In this document: one piece after another, positions 38,878 through 47,677 of the stretch
Position numbering within the stretch: position 1 is the stretch's first letter
Layout: the number at the start of each line of letters is the position of its first letter
NCBI GenBank assembly: GCA_963803745.1
Contig: CAWDNL010000003.1
Coordinates: 38,379-102,378 of the forward strand
Direction: 5' to 3'
DNA: 64,000 bases
From: an uncultured Acidimicrobiaceae bacterium
GTDB taxonomy: Bacteria; Actinomycetota; Acidimicrobiia; Acidimicrobiales; RAAP-2
Translations under genes and position numbers: made by a program
Notes under the pieces: model-generated
The model's database searches: none
What the model saw: the letters and a program-made list of their open reading frames with translations, nothing else
Told to the model about the DNA's origin: nothing

Positions 38878-40248
38878 CGGCGCCACGACGTCGAGCCCGC
38901 GCGGGACACTCGGCAGCGTCAAGCTCACCAACAACGAAGACCGTGATGAGGTAACGAGGTAGGTGTCGCCGGACGCACTGAGCGAGGGAAACAGCGTCTT
39001 GAGGCTCTCGGTCGCACCGGCCGCCAACTTGACGCCGCCGGTGACCGTAATCACCGACGGCTTTGCGGCGTTGAAGGACGCCACGGTCAGCGTGATCGAA
39101 CGCGAAGAGACGTTGCTCAGTGTCGCCGCGTCATAGCCGAGTCCGGTGAAGTCGTGAACGAGAAAGGCGTTGCCCGGCGTTTCCGGTGACGAGAGCGCAC
39201 TCCACGCGGGCGTGCCGGTTACGAGCGCCGTGACGACGGGCGTGTTCGACTTAAGCGTCAAGTTCGCGTAACCGTCGGACGGTATGGCGGAGTTCGGCGT
39301 AATGGTGAGAAGTCCGGTGCTGTAAGGCAACACCGTCAGACTCTGCGGGGCGATCCGGTACGAGCCCAGTGCCACATCGACCGTCACGTACGCCGTCTCT
39401 CCTCCCGGATTCATCACAGTGAGCTGCGCCGTCGCCCCATCCATCGTCGTGACGTTGGGATACCACGCGTCGAGCGAGCGAACGCTCAAACCCTGCTCGA
39501 AGGAGAGCGTGCCGTTAGAGTCCTCAACTCCCACGACGTCGAGGGAACCGCGCAGCACCGAGAGTGAGACTCCGACGTTCGCCGTGTTGACGACCTCTTT
39601 ACCGAGGTCGACTTCTCGTTGGGCGTGTGCGGGAACTGAGATGCCCTGAAACGACTCAGGCGCCGACACACCGATCGCGGTGTAGACCGACGCATTAAAG
39701 ACGGCCGGCGTCGCCGTGGGATTAAAGACGTCGATGTACGCACTCGAGCCGACCAAAGTGTTAAAGCCGGTCGCGTACCAACTGGTCATACCTTGAGAGA
39801 CACAGGGAACTTCGGCGCGGTCGTTGTACGCGATCTCTTCAGCGACCACGCCCCCACCACTGATCTGCACCGCGACCCCGTAGCTGGAAGGAGTCGTCGT
39901 CCTGGTGCTCTTCGCGCTGCGATCGAGCACGCTCGGCTCGAGGGACTCTACGCCGTGCGACGCCACCTCGATGGATCCGAACCACGTGGCGCCTTGATCC
40001 GAGACCACGCTGACGCTCAGGTGTCGCGGTCCGCTCGCGGTGTTGTAGAAGGTGACGCGCCCCGGACGGGGTCCGGCGTTGGAGAGGCCCGTGCAGTAGA
40101 GCGCGGTCGATTCCGCGTTGATCGAGACCGCCAGACCACTGGGCAACTCCGACGGGTTCGTCGGGTGAGTGAAGGACGTCACCGCCCCGGTGGCGGCGAG
40201 CACCACGATGACGACGAACAACAGCGGAAGGTGACGGCTCTTAGGCAT
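38863..40248 (-). CDS. N-terminally anchored secreted beta-rich protein with internal repeats (DUF5719-like)
   Basis: The ATG at 40248 gives MPKSRHLPLLFVVIVVLAATGAV (signal anchor) and overlaps the upstream stop by 8 nt. A recurring module is visible (VTFYNTASGP.., IDVFNPTATP.., LTVMNPGGET.., ITLTVASF..). Confidence 0.5.
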   Translation of the reverse strand: MPKSRHLPLLFVVIVVLAATGAVTSFTHPTNPSELPSGLAVSINAESTALYCTGLSNAGPRPGRVTFYNTASGPRHLSVSVVSDQGATWFGSIEVASHGVESLEPSVLDRSAKSTRTTTPSSYGVAVQISGGGVVAEEIAYNDRAEVPCVSQGMTSWYATGFNTLVGSSAYIDVFNPTATPAVFNASVYTAIGVSAPESFQGISVPAHAQREVDLGKEVVNTANVGVSLSVLRGSLDVVGVEDSNGTLSFEQGLSVRSLDAWYPNVTTMDGATAQLTVMNPGGETAYVTVDVALGSYRIAPQSLTVLPYSTGLLTITPNSAIPSDGYANLTLKSNTPVVTALVTGTPAWSALSSPETPGNAFLVHDFTGLGYDAATLSNVSSRSITLTVASFNAAKPSVITVTGGVKLAAGATESLKTLFPSLSASGDTYLVTSSRSSLLVSLTLPSVPRGLDVVAPLDGR

Positions 40249-43200
40249 CGAGGTCCTTTGAACCACGTGACGCCAGCACCCGGCGGCGCCGTCCGGTGAA
40301 GAGCCACTCCAGACGCTGCACCCACCCAAAGCCGAGCCACACAATGGTCCACATACCCAGAGTGAAGAGCGCAATGAGTCCGTTCAAGGGAAAATGATGC
40401 AGGACAATCGTTCCGGTCGGCTGCGCCGGTGAGGTCGCGACGCTATAGAAGGGCGTCCAACTGTCATACGTCGTGCGCGGCGCGGGCTGACCGTTGACGT
40501 CGAGCGCGAACGCCCCCGCGGGGGCGAGCCCCGCCACCACCGTCGAACCGGCGGTGAGCGGTCCTGAGTTTGACGTGTCGCTGAACACGGGCGTCAACGT
40601 GGTCGATCCCGGCTTGGTCGCGGCGACAATGCCGTGGAAGAGGGAGTTGGAAAAGACTTCTACCGACGGCGTATCGAGTTCGAGCGCGAGGTCGCTCTGA
40701 TTGTCGAGTGCGCTGAGTAACACCTTGGGCGCTGGGTGCAGCGGCACGCTTTGCACGCCCGCAATCTCCGGGGCCGCGGAGTTCATCACCACGATCGCGG
40801 AGATGCCCGCGGGGGCGAGGAGCTGACCAAGGCGCACCGTACGACCGGCGAGCGCCGTCTGAATGGCCTCCATGATCACGTCACTAGTGCCCGAGTCGGG
40901 CGGACTAAAGAGCGTGGAGCCACCGGGCAGTTCGTTCGTCGACGTCGCAGCTTCGAGGCCGGGCGCCACGGACCACCCCGGCAGTGGCAGGACCGCGGGG
41001 TCGCCCAGCCACAACACCCGATACCCTCCGGCGCTCGTCGGAGCGAGCTGACTGAGCGACTCCGCCACGCTGGTCGTGGGCATGTCGAAGCGGCCACTGG
41101 CGAAACTTCCGAGAAACGGCAGTATCGCGACCAACAACGTCAACACCGAAAGGCCCGCCGCAATCTGACGCCAACCAAATCCCACGTCGCGCAGATCCTG
41201 TTCGAGCGCGCCGATGCCCAGTCCAATGAGTGAGGCCAACGTCAGGGCGTACAAGGCCAACAGCACGTCAAGATCGGGCGAAAAAGAACCGAGCCAGTGG
41301 CGCGACGCCAAGGCGGTCAACGCCAAACTCATGGTGGCGATCACCACGAGCTTCGACGCGACGCGACGTCGATCGCCCTGACAGAGCACGAGGGCGAAGA
41401 GCGCCGCGACGGGCAACAGCCAGCCCCACCACGACGCTCCAAAGCTTCCGTCCACGTCGCGCAAAAGGAGGCTAAAGGACGGGACCGACCAAGGGCCGCG
41501 TGCCAAACCGAAGACTTCGAGCGCTCGCCTCCCCGCGAAGACGACGTCGATACTCATTGGTAAAAGAAAGATCGCGACGTTGGCCACCAGTGATCCGAAG
41601 AAGCGCCACGAACCGCGAAAGGTACTCGTCTCATCGCGCTCGAAGAGCCTCGCCACCATGACACCGAACACCACCAGTGCCACGGCGATCAAGGTCGCCG
41701 GGGCCATAGCCGTAACGAGGGCGATGATCATGATAAGCAGCATCCGTTGACCGGCCTCGGTGCCTCGCCAGCCCTGATGACCAAAGGGCACGGGCTCGGA
41801 GTAGGGCTTCGTTCGAAAACCCGGCACGTCCATCAGTTCGAAGATGCGCCGAACAATGAAGGGCAAGCCAGCCACGGCGACTAGCACGTCGACGCGACCC
41901 TGGCTGATCATGTTGAGACCGAGCGGCATCGCCGCGTAGGCGACGGCACCCACGATGCGCGCACGATTCGAGGCGCGGTCCTTCAGCAGTCGTCCGACGC
42001 CAATCGCGCCGATCGGCACCGCGAAGATGAGCGCGAGTCGTGGCAAGATCCCCATGCGCCCGAGCACGAAGGTTCCCGCAAAGGCGAGCACGCCGTAACC
42101 CGGCATGCCCGGCGTGCCAGTACCCACGCCGTTAGGCGACCACGAGGCGAAGAAGTGCCGCCACGTTGACCACCAACTATCAAGTGGCGCGAGGCGACCA
42201 ATCAGGGGCAGGTGCGTGGCGACTAAGTTGCGCGATCCAATGAGCCATAGGAGGGCCACGACTGCCACGATGACGGCTTGCGAGCGAAAGGACGTCATCA
42301 TTCGCGAGGGGCGCGAGCGAAGTTCGAGTAGTTCGCTCTCGGCGATTTCGTCAAACTCCTCTTGCTCTGAGAACGCTGACGCGAATCCGACGCCCGCCTC
42401 TTCTATATCGTCGAAGCTCGCGCTTTCTTCCTCGGGCGGCAAGATACCTCTCGCTTTGTCGTAGCCTTCGCGAAGCAGCGTGAAGACGAAGTGCTTTAGT
42501 CGACTCGCACCACCGACCTGCAGCTGATGTAGTTCGGTGTCCGAGAGCACACGGTGCTCTTGGAGTTGGCGACGACGTTGACGAACCCGGCGGCGGTGTT
42601 TTAAAAGCCAGCGCCACGATCCGGCGATCGCGCCGGCCCGATCAGTGTCCCCTCCGACCAGCGAAATCGAGGTCTCAACGACGTCAAGGACGAAGAGCAT
42701 GGACAGCGTCGTGACGGTGTATCGCCTGCCCCAGCCACTGGCCACCACCAAGAGCTGGTGACGTCGGCGAAGGTCTTGGCGACTGGCGTGACGTGTGCCG
42801 ATAGCGGTAACCGATCGTTCGCCGGTAGCGATGGTCTCGCGGTGAGACACCTTGGCGAGCGGAGCGACGACGATGCGCGCGCCCGCGACTTGCGCGCGCC
42901 AACAGAGGTCGAGATCCTCACCGAGCAACGTGATGAGCGGGTCGAAGCCGCGCAGCGCACTAAAGAGATCGGAACGCACGAGGGTGACTCCGCCGGGAGC
43001 GACAAAGACGTCTCGCTCGAGGTCCTGTTGGCCGTGGTCGATCTCTCCGATCTCGATGCGCTCGCGGACGACGCCGAATCGGTCGCAGGTTTGGCCCACG
43101 TGCAAGAGGACGAGGGGGTCCTCGTAGGCCACCACCTTGGGCGTGACAATTCCGGCGTTGGTTCGATACGCCGCCTCCACCATGAGTTGCAACGCATCTG

Positions 43201-43495
43201 ATTCCAGGCGCACGTCGTCGTGACAGAAGAGAAAGAACGCCGAACCTTCCACCATCAACGCGGCTTCGTTGCAGGCGGCGCCGAAGCCGCGGTTCTCTTC
43301 GAGCACGCTCACGAAGGCGTTGGGGGCAACTGCCGCGATGCGCTCGGCAACGCGCGGCGAGTCCCCGGTCGCCACCACGAGCAGGCTCAGTTCTTCGTAG
43401 TCTTGGCTCGCGAGGGAAGCCGCCGCCGCTTCAAGGCCCGGCCCGGAACCGGTGGTAACGATGACGGCAACAACGGCCGGAGCACGAGAGTCCAT
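40241..43495 (-). CDS. Giant fusion of an N-terminal GT2 (GT-A) glycosyltransferase with a roughly 750-aa polytopic membrane domain
   Basis: 1084 aa. AVIVTTGSG, FCHDDV (DxD) and GEDLDLCWR motifs lie in the first 260 aa or so. More than 14 TM segments follow, then a soluble domain and a terminal TM (LIALFTLGMWTIVWLGFGWV). Confidence 0.8.
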   Translation of the reverse strand: MDSRAPAVVAVIVTTGSGPGLEAAAASLASQDYEELSLLVVATGDSPRVAERIAAVAPNAFVSVLEENRGFGAACNEAALMVEGSAFFLFCHDDVRLESDALQLMVEAAYRTNAGIVTPKVVAYEDPLVLLHVGQTCDRFGVVRERIEIGEIDHGQQDLERDVFVAPGGVTLVRSDLFSALRGFDPLITLLGEDLDLCWRAQVAGARIVVAPLAKVSHRETIATGERSVTAIGTRHASRQDLRRRHQLLVVASGWGRRYTVTTLSMLFVLDVVETSISLVGGDTDRAGAIAGSWRWLLKHRRRVRQRRRQLQEHRVLSDTELHQLQVGGASRLKHFVFTLLREGYDKARGILPPEEESASFDDIEEAGVGFASAFSEQEEFDEIAESELLELRSRPSRMMTSFRSQAVIVAVVALLWLIGSRNLVATHLPLIGRLAPLDSWWSTWRHFFASWSPNGVGTGTPGMPGYGVLAFAGTFVLGRMGILPRLALIFAVPIGAIGVGRLLKDRASNRARIVGAVAYAAMPLGLNMISQGRVDVLVAVAGLPFIVRRIFELMDVPGFRTKPYSEPVPFGHQGWRGTEAGQRMLLIMIIALVTAMAPATLIAVALVVFGVMVARLFERDETSTFRGSWRFFGSLVANVAIFLLPMSIDVVFAGRRALEVFGLARGPWSVPSFSLLLRDVDGSFGASWWGWLLPVAALFALVLCQGDRRRVASKLVVIATMSLALTALASRHWLGSFSPDLDVLLALYALTLASLIGLGIGALEQDLRDVGFGWRQIAAGLSVLTLLVAILPFLGSFASGRFDMPTTSVAESLSQLAPTSAGGYRVLWLGDPAVLPLPGWSVAPGLEAATSTNELPGGSTLFSPPDSGTSDVIMEAIQTALAGRTVRLGQLLAPAGISAIVVMNSAAPEIAGVQSVPLHPAPKVLLSALDNQSDLALELDTPSVEVFSNSLFHGIVAATKPGSTTLTPVFSDTSNSGPLTAGSTVVAGLAPAGAFALDVNGQPAPRTTYDSWTPFYSVATSPAQPTGTIVLHHFPLNGLIALFTLGMWTIVWLGFGWVQRLEWLFTGRRRRVLASRGSKDLDA

Positions 43496-43573
43496 CAGTT
43501 CTTCAAGGCTAGTTGGCTGGGTAACGCACTTTCGCCGCTCGAGGAGAACAAAGACACTCGAGAACGGAGAATT

Positions 43574-44476
43574 TTAGATTTCGTGTCGTCGTGCGACGAG
43601 ATCATCCACGATGTCTTCGAGTGAGACGTGCAGTGGAATCTGTGGCGCCCAGCCCGCCGTCTGGTGCAACTTGTCGTAACTGCCCCGTGACACAAGAATC
43701 TCCACCGGACGAAGTAGTGACGGATCAACCACGAGACGCACACTCGGCGCGAGCTGCGCCACGAGTTGAGTGGCGATATCGGCCAGCGCCACGTCATGTC
43801 CGGAGGCGACGTTGTACACCTCCCCCGTAATGCCGAGGCGCGAGAGCAGTCGGTACGCGCGCACGACGTCGCGCACGTCAGTGAAGTCCCGACGCGTGGT
43901 GAGGTCACCCACGCTGATCTCGTCCTCTCCGCGCTCGCGCGCGTCAAAGAGGCGACTGACCAGTGCGGGCACGACGAAGGTCGGCGACTGACCAGGACCC
44001 AGGTGATTGAACGGCCGGGCAATGATGACGCGCTGGCCACGAAAGCGCACCGCGTCGCGCGCCACGCGCTCGGCCTCTACCTTGCTCGACGAGTAGGGAT
44101 TCGCGGGGGCCACGCGAAAGGTCTCGCGCAGTGGTTGATCCTCTTCTCGAACGACGCCGTAGACCTCGGAGGAACTGATGACGACCGTCGTGGATTTGGG
44201 AACGGCTTCGAAGGACGCGTCTAGAACACGCTGCGTGCCTACGACGTTGACGCGAGTGAACTCACTCGCGTTCTCCCACGACTCGCCCACGTGGGTCAGC
44301 GCCGCAAGGTGGTAGGTGACGTCGGGAAGGAACCATTGGAAGACCTCGCGCATGCTGCGCTCGTCCGTGACGTCGCGTTCTCGGTCGATCCCGTGCACCT
44401 CATCGCCGTTGTCGCGCAGGTGGCGAATGAGGTGCCGAGCGACGAAGCCGTCCGATCCCGTGACGAGCGCGCGCAT
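43574..44476 (-). CDS. NAD-dependent sugar-nucleotide epimerase/dehydratase/reductase (extended SDR)
   Basis: ALVTGSDGFVARHL Rossmann motif and YSSSK (YxxxK). The ATG at 44476 overlaps the upstream TAA (TAATG), so I prefer it over the ORF-track start at 44533. Confidence 0.85.
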   Translation of the reverse strand: MRALVTGSDGFVARHLIRHLRDNGDEVHGIDRERDVTDERSMREVFQWFLPDVTYHLAALTHVGESWENASEFTRVNVVGTQRVLDASFEAVPKSTTVVISSSEVYGVVREEDQPLRETFRVAPANPYSSSKVEAERVARDAVRFRGQRVIIARPFNHLGPGQSPTFVVPALVSRLFDARERGEDEISVGDLTTRRDFTDVRDVVRAYRLLSRLGITGEVYNVASGHDVALADIATQLVAQLAPSVRLVVDPSLLRPVEILVSRGSYDKLHQTAGWAPQIPLHVSLEDIVDDLVARRHEI

Positions 44477-45600
44477 TAGCTCACCAACGCCAATTGGTAG
44501 GCGACCAAATGCTGATCCACGCAGGCGTCCCACGTGAAGCGCTCGGCGCGTGCACGAGCGCGTGTGGCGCCGCTGGCCCGCTCCACGTCGCTCTGTCGCA
44601 GCTCCTCGAGTAGTGCCTTCGCCAACTCGGGGACGTCGCCGATGGGGGCGAGGCGCGCGGCGTCACCGGCGACCTCGGCCATGACCGTGCCTTGGGTCGT
44701 GACGACGGAGGCCCCACAGGCCATCGCCTCGAGTACGGGCAGGCCAACGCCCTCTCCTCGCGAAGGGTAGGCCACGACTCGGGCCTGGCGATAGAGCGCG
44801 GGCAACACCTCCTCATCGACGAAGCCGAGGCGGTGGATGCGATCCTTGAAAGGGTGTACCTCAAGTTGCGTCGTGAAGGGACCAACGCCCCACCCCGACT
44901 GTCCGGCGAGCCACAGTTCAACCGCGTCGTCCTCGCGAGCAATCTCACTAAAGGCCTCGAGCAACACGTCCAGACCCTTTCTCGGTTCCACGGTGCCTAC
45001 AAAGAATACGTAGGGAACGTTCACCCGGAGAGAATGGCGCTGAAACGTGGCGATGTCGTCGCGGCCCAGAGGCTGGAAGTGAGCGAGATCGACGCCCAAG
45101 GGAGCGACAACGATCGGCGCATGAGCGGGCAGGATCTCTTCGAGCAGCCGAGCACTGAAGGCGCTCACGCTGACGAGAACACGGGCGTGCTGAGCGGCGA
45201 AGGTAATGGCTCGACGGAAAAACGTCACTTTGGTTCGCTCGTGCCACTCCGGATTGGTAAAGAACGTGAGGTCGTGAATGGTGACGACGGTGGGCGTCGT
45301 ACCCCGTCGCGGCATCGTGTAGTGCGGGGCGTGCCAAAGATCAACGTCGCGCGCGACGTGGCTAGTACCGAGCACCCACGCCTCGTAAGTCAGTCGCGCC
45401 GCCCGCGCGTTGGGCACGATACTCGCGAGAGAAGCGTGGGGCGAACGTTCACTCCAGCGAGCGGCGTCATCGCGCCGCGTGACGAGCGTGGTGTCCACGT
45501 GACACTCGGGGAGGCGAACCGCAAGTTCAGCGATGTAGCGCCCGGCGCCGGCAATACGAGGAGGTACCGCGGAGACGTCAAGTGCCACCTTCATTGCCAA
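44476..45600 (-). CDS. GT4-family (GT-B) glycosyltransferase
   Basis: 374 aa with the EX7E motif GEGVGLPVLEAMACG. Confidence 0.85.
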   Translation of the reverse strand: MAMKVALDVSAVPPRIAGAGRYIAELAVRLPECHVDTTLVTRRDDAARWSERSPHASLASIVPNARAARLTYEAWVLGTSHVARDVDLWHAPHYTMPRRGTTPTVVTIHDLTFFTNPEWHERTKVTFFRRAITFAAQHARVLVSVSAFSARLLEEILPAHAPIVVAPLGVDLAHFQPLGRDDIATFQRHSLRVNVPYVFFVGTVEPRKGLDVLLEAFSEIAREDDAVELWLAGQSGWGVGPFTTQLEVHPFKDRIHRLGFVDEEVLPALYRQARVVAYPSRGEGVGLPVLEAMACGASVVTTQGTVMAEVAGDAARLAPIGDVPELAKALLEELRQSDVERASGATRARARAERFTWDACVDQHLVAYQLALVS

Positions 45601-46670
45601 CCGGCCAGATGATCGAGCGCGACGTTTCGCCAGGTCAGCGACGAGACGCTCGCGCGGCGGCGCTCGAGCGCGGCGGCGTCATTCGGGCGCGATAGCGACG
45701 CGACGAGGCCCTTCGCGATCGCCTCGACATCGAGCGGATCGACCAGCACGACCTCTTCGTTGTCGGTGACACTTGGCGTCGTCACGCTCGCCACGACGCG
45801 GGCGCCTTCGTGGAGCGCCTCCACCGGAGGCAGACCCCAGCCTTCCGCCTTCGGGACGTACGCCACTACCGTCGCGTCGCGGTACAACCCCTTCAGCAAC
45901 GAGCGCGACACCGAACCGAGCACGATCGCCTCGGCGCTGTCCACGCTGCCCCAGCCCGAGGGACCGACCAGCACCAAAGGCCCGAGCTCATCGTCTTCTT
46001 TACGAGCAAGTGAGTGTGCGACGATCAGCCGCTCGAGATTCTTTCTCGGTTCGCGCGTACCCACGTAGAGGGTATAAGGGCCCCTGACTCCTCGGGGGCT
46101 AAGTGCGATGCGTACCTCTTCGGCGTTCGCGGAGGTCGTGTCATCGTCGTCCACACCGAGTCGCACATCGTGCAGTCGCGACGGGTCAAACCCGTCACTG
46201 ATGAGTCGTCGAGACAACTGCGGCGCGGTACAGAAGATCCGTACGTCGTCTTGACGTTTCAGGAGCTGCAATCGCTGCTCGTGGAAACGAATGCCGCGCG
46301 AGGTGCTCGCCTCAGGTTCGTCACGCCAGAGGAGGTCATACAGCGCGACGGAGTGCACGGCGTCCCCTTTGCCACCGGCGAAGGGGCCAGCGAGTGAGGT
46401 GGCATGCACCACGTCGCTAAAGGACGGCACGCCGAGGGGCCAACGGGCCCAGAGAAGATTCAGTACGTTAAGAGGTGCCGTCGTCACTCGTTCGAGCGCC
46501 AGATCGGACAGGTCCTGTTTCGGGACGCCTCGTGGCGCCACACCGACCAGTCGAAGCGAATCGTCCTGCAGCGAGTTCAGACCGCGCACCAGCCCTCGCA
46601 CGTAGGTCGCGATGCCGCCCGGCTGGGGCCGATAGAACTGATCCAGCGAGATACTGACGGCGCGGGTCAC
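45591..46670 (-). CDS. GT4-family (GT-B) glycosyltransferase
   Basis: 359 aa with the EX7E motif AEGWGLPPVEALHEG. Overlaps both neighbouring genes. Confidence 0.85.
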   Translation of the reverse strand: MTRAVSISLDQFYRPQPGGIATYVRGLVRGLNSLQDDSLRLVGVAPRGVPKQDLSDLALERVTTAPLNVLNLLWARWPLGVPSFSDVVHATSLAGPFAGGKGDAVHSVALYDLLWRDEPEASTSRGIRFHEQRLQLLKRQDDVRIFCTAPQLSRRLISDGFDPSRLHDVRLGVDDDDTTSANAEEVRIALSPRGVRGPYTLYVGTREPRKNLERLIVAHSLARKEDDELGPLVLVGPSGWGSVDSAEAIVLGSVSRSLLKGLYRDATVVAYVPKAEGWGLPPVEALHEGARVVASVTTPSVTDNEEVVLVDPLDVEAIAKGLVASLSRPNDAAALERRRASVSSLTWRNVALDHLAGWQ

Positions 46671-47677
46671 GCCCTCCAGCCTCGCACGACTTCTTGATAG
46701 AGGGCGACGTACGCGCGAGCGGCGGTTGCCGGCGCGAAGTCCTCCGCTCGTGAGCGACCGGCCGCCATCATGATGGCGCGGCGTGACGGGCTCTCCCAGA
46801 GTTCGCTCAAGGTCGGCACGACTTCGTCATCGTCTTCGGTCAACACCGCCGCACCGCTCAAGAGTTCGCGATTGATCGTCGTGGCACGCGCGATCGTTGG
46901 CACGCCGGCCGCTAAGGACGCGATGGCGAAGGAGGGAAATCGAGCACCGTCCGAGACGTGAAGGACCACTCGTGCTCCGCCGAGCGCGCTGCGGGCTTCA
47001 GAACGCGGACGCAACACAACCTCGAGTCCTCGCGCACGAATCTGTTGTGCCACTTTTTGGCTGGTCAGCGCCTCAACTCGAGCGCCTTGACCGTGGGCGT
47101 ATCGCACGAGTTCGGGTGCCAGGCGGAGAAAGGGTTGAATGACGCCCGTCAGGTTCACGACGAGCGAGGTGCCGTCTCGGGTCGGCTCAACCAACGGCAC
47201 TGCCGGAGGAACGACCACAACTTGGGCGCGCTCGACGTCCAGTACCCGACGCACTTCGTTGCTGGCACTGCGGGTGGAGGCGACGAGGACGGCGCCGCGG
47301 CGAACCGCACGACGAAGTTGCGCGATGCGAAGGTGTTCGCGCGACTCGCCCCGCAAGGGGCGAAGGTCGTCAACCGAGATGATGAGGGGGATGGACTTTG
47401 TCGGCGGCGTGGCGCGCCCCGCGACATGCACGACGTCGACCCCTTCGAGAAGTCGATCGAGCGAAGGGCCCAGGCTTCGTCGCCACAGTGGCGTCCACAG
47501 CCCACGAAGGGCGAGTCGCGCTTCCTCCGGCGACGTGCGAGCGGAGCGAGAGTGAAAGCGTATTAGTTCGCACCCGCCCGTCACGTCAAGAGCGTCGGCC
47601 AGATCGGTCATCGAGTTGCCCAGTGACTCCAATGAACCATCGAGGTCGAGAGCGACCCGGGGAACCTCGGAACTCAC
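46667..47677 (-). CDS. GT-B-fold glycosyltransferase-like protein lacking the EX7E glutamates
   Basis: The region that aligns to EX7E reads GARFPSFAIASLAAGVPT, with both Glu replaced. The GTG at 47677 overlaps the upstream TGA (GTGA), so I prefer it over the ORF-track start at 47737. Confidence 0.55.
   Translation of the reverse strand: MSSEVPRVALDLDGSLESLGNSMTDLADALDVTGGCELIRFHSRSARTSPEEARLALRGLWTPLWRRSLGPSLDRLLEGVDVVHVAGRATPPTKSIPLIISVDDLRPLRGESREHLRIAQLRRAVRRGAVLVASTRSASNEVRRVLDVERAQVVVVPPAVPLVEPTRDGTSLVVNLTGVIQPFLRLAPELVRYAHGQGARVEALTSQKVAQQIRARGLEVVLRPRSEARSALGGARVVLHVSDGARFPSFAIASLAAGVPTIARATTINRELLSGAAVLTEDDDEVVPTLSELWESPSRRAIMMAAGRSRAEDFAPATAARAYVALYQEVVRGWRA

Noticed and set aside
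40249-40374. A 42-codon N-terminal extension of the DUF5719-like ORF, and the analogous extensions at 44477-44533 and 47678-47737.
   Set aside because: These extensions lie inside the preceding gene. Internal starts that overlap the upstream stop (ATG...TAA, TAATG, GTGA) give proper signal-anchor or Rossmann N-termini.
43538-43562. A CTCGAG-N13-CTCGAG dyad in the only sizeable gap of the glycan operon, considered as an internal terminator or attenuator.
   Set aside because: The stem is only 6 bp and has no following U-tract on the transcribed strand. It is too weak to call a terminator.
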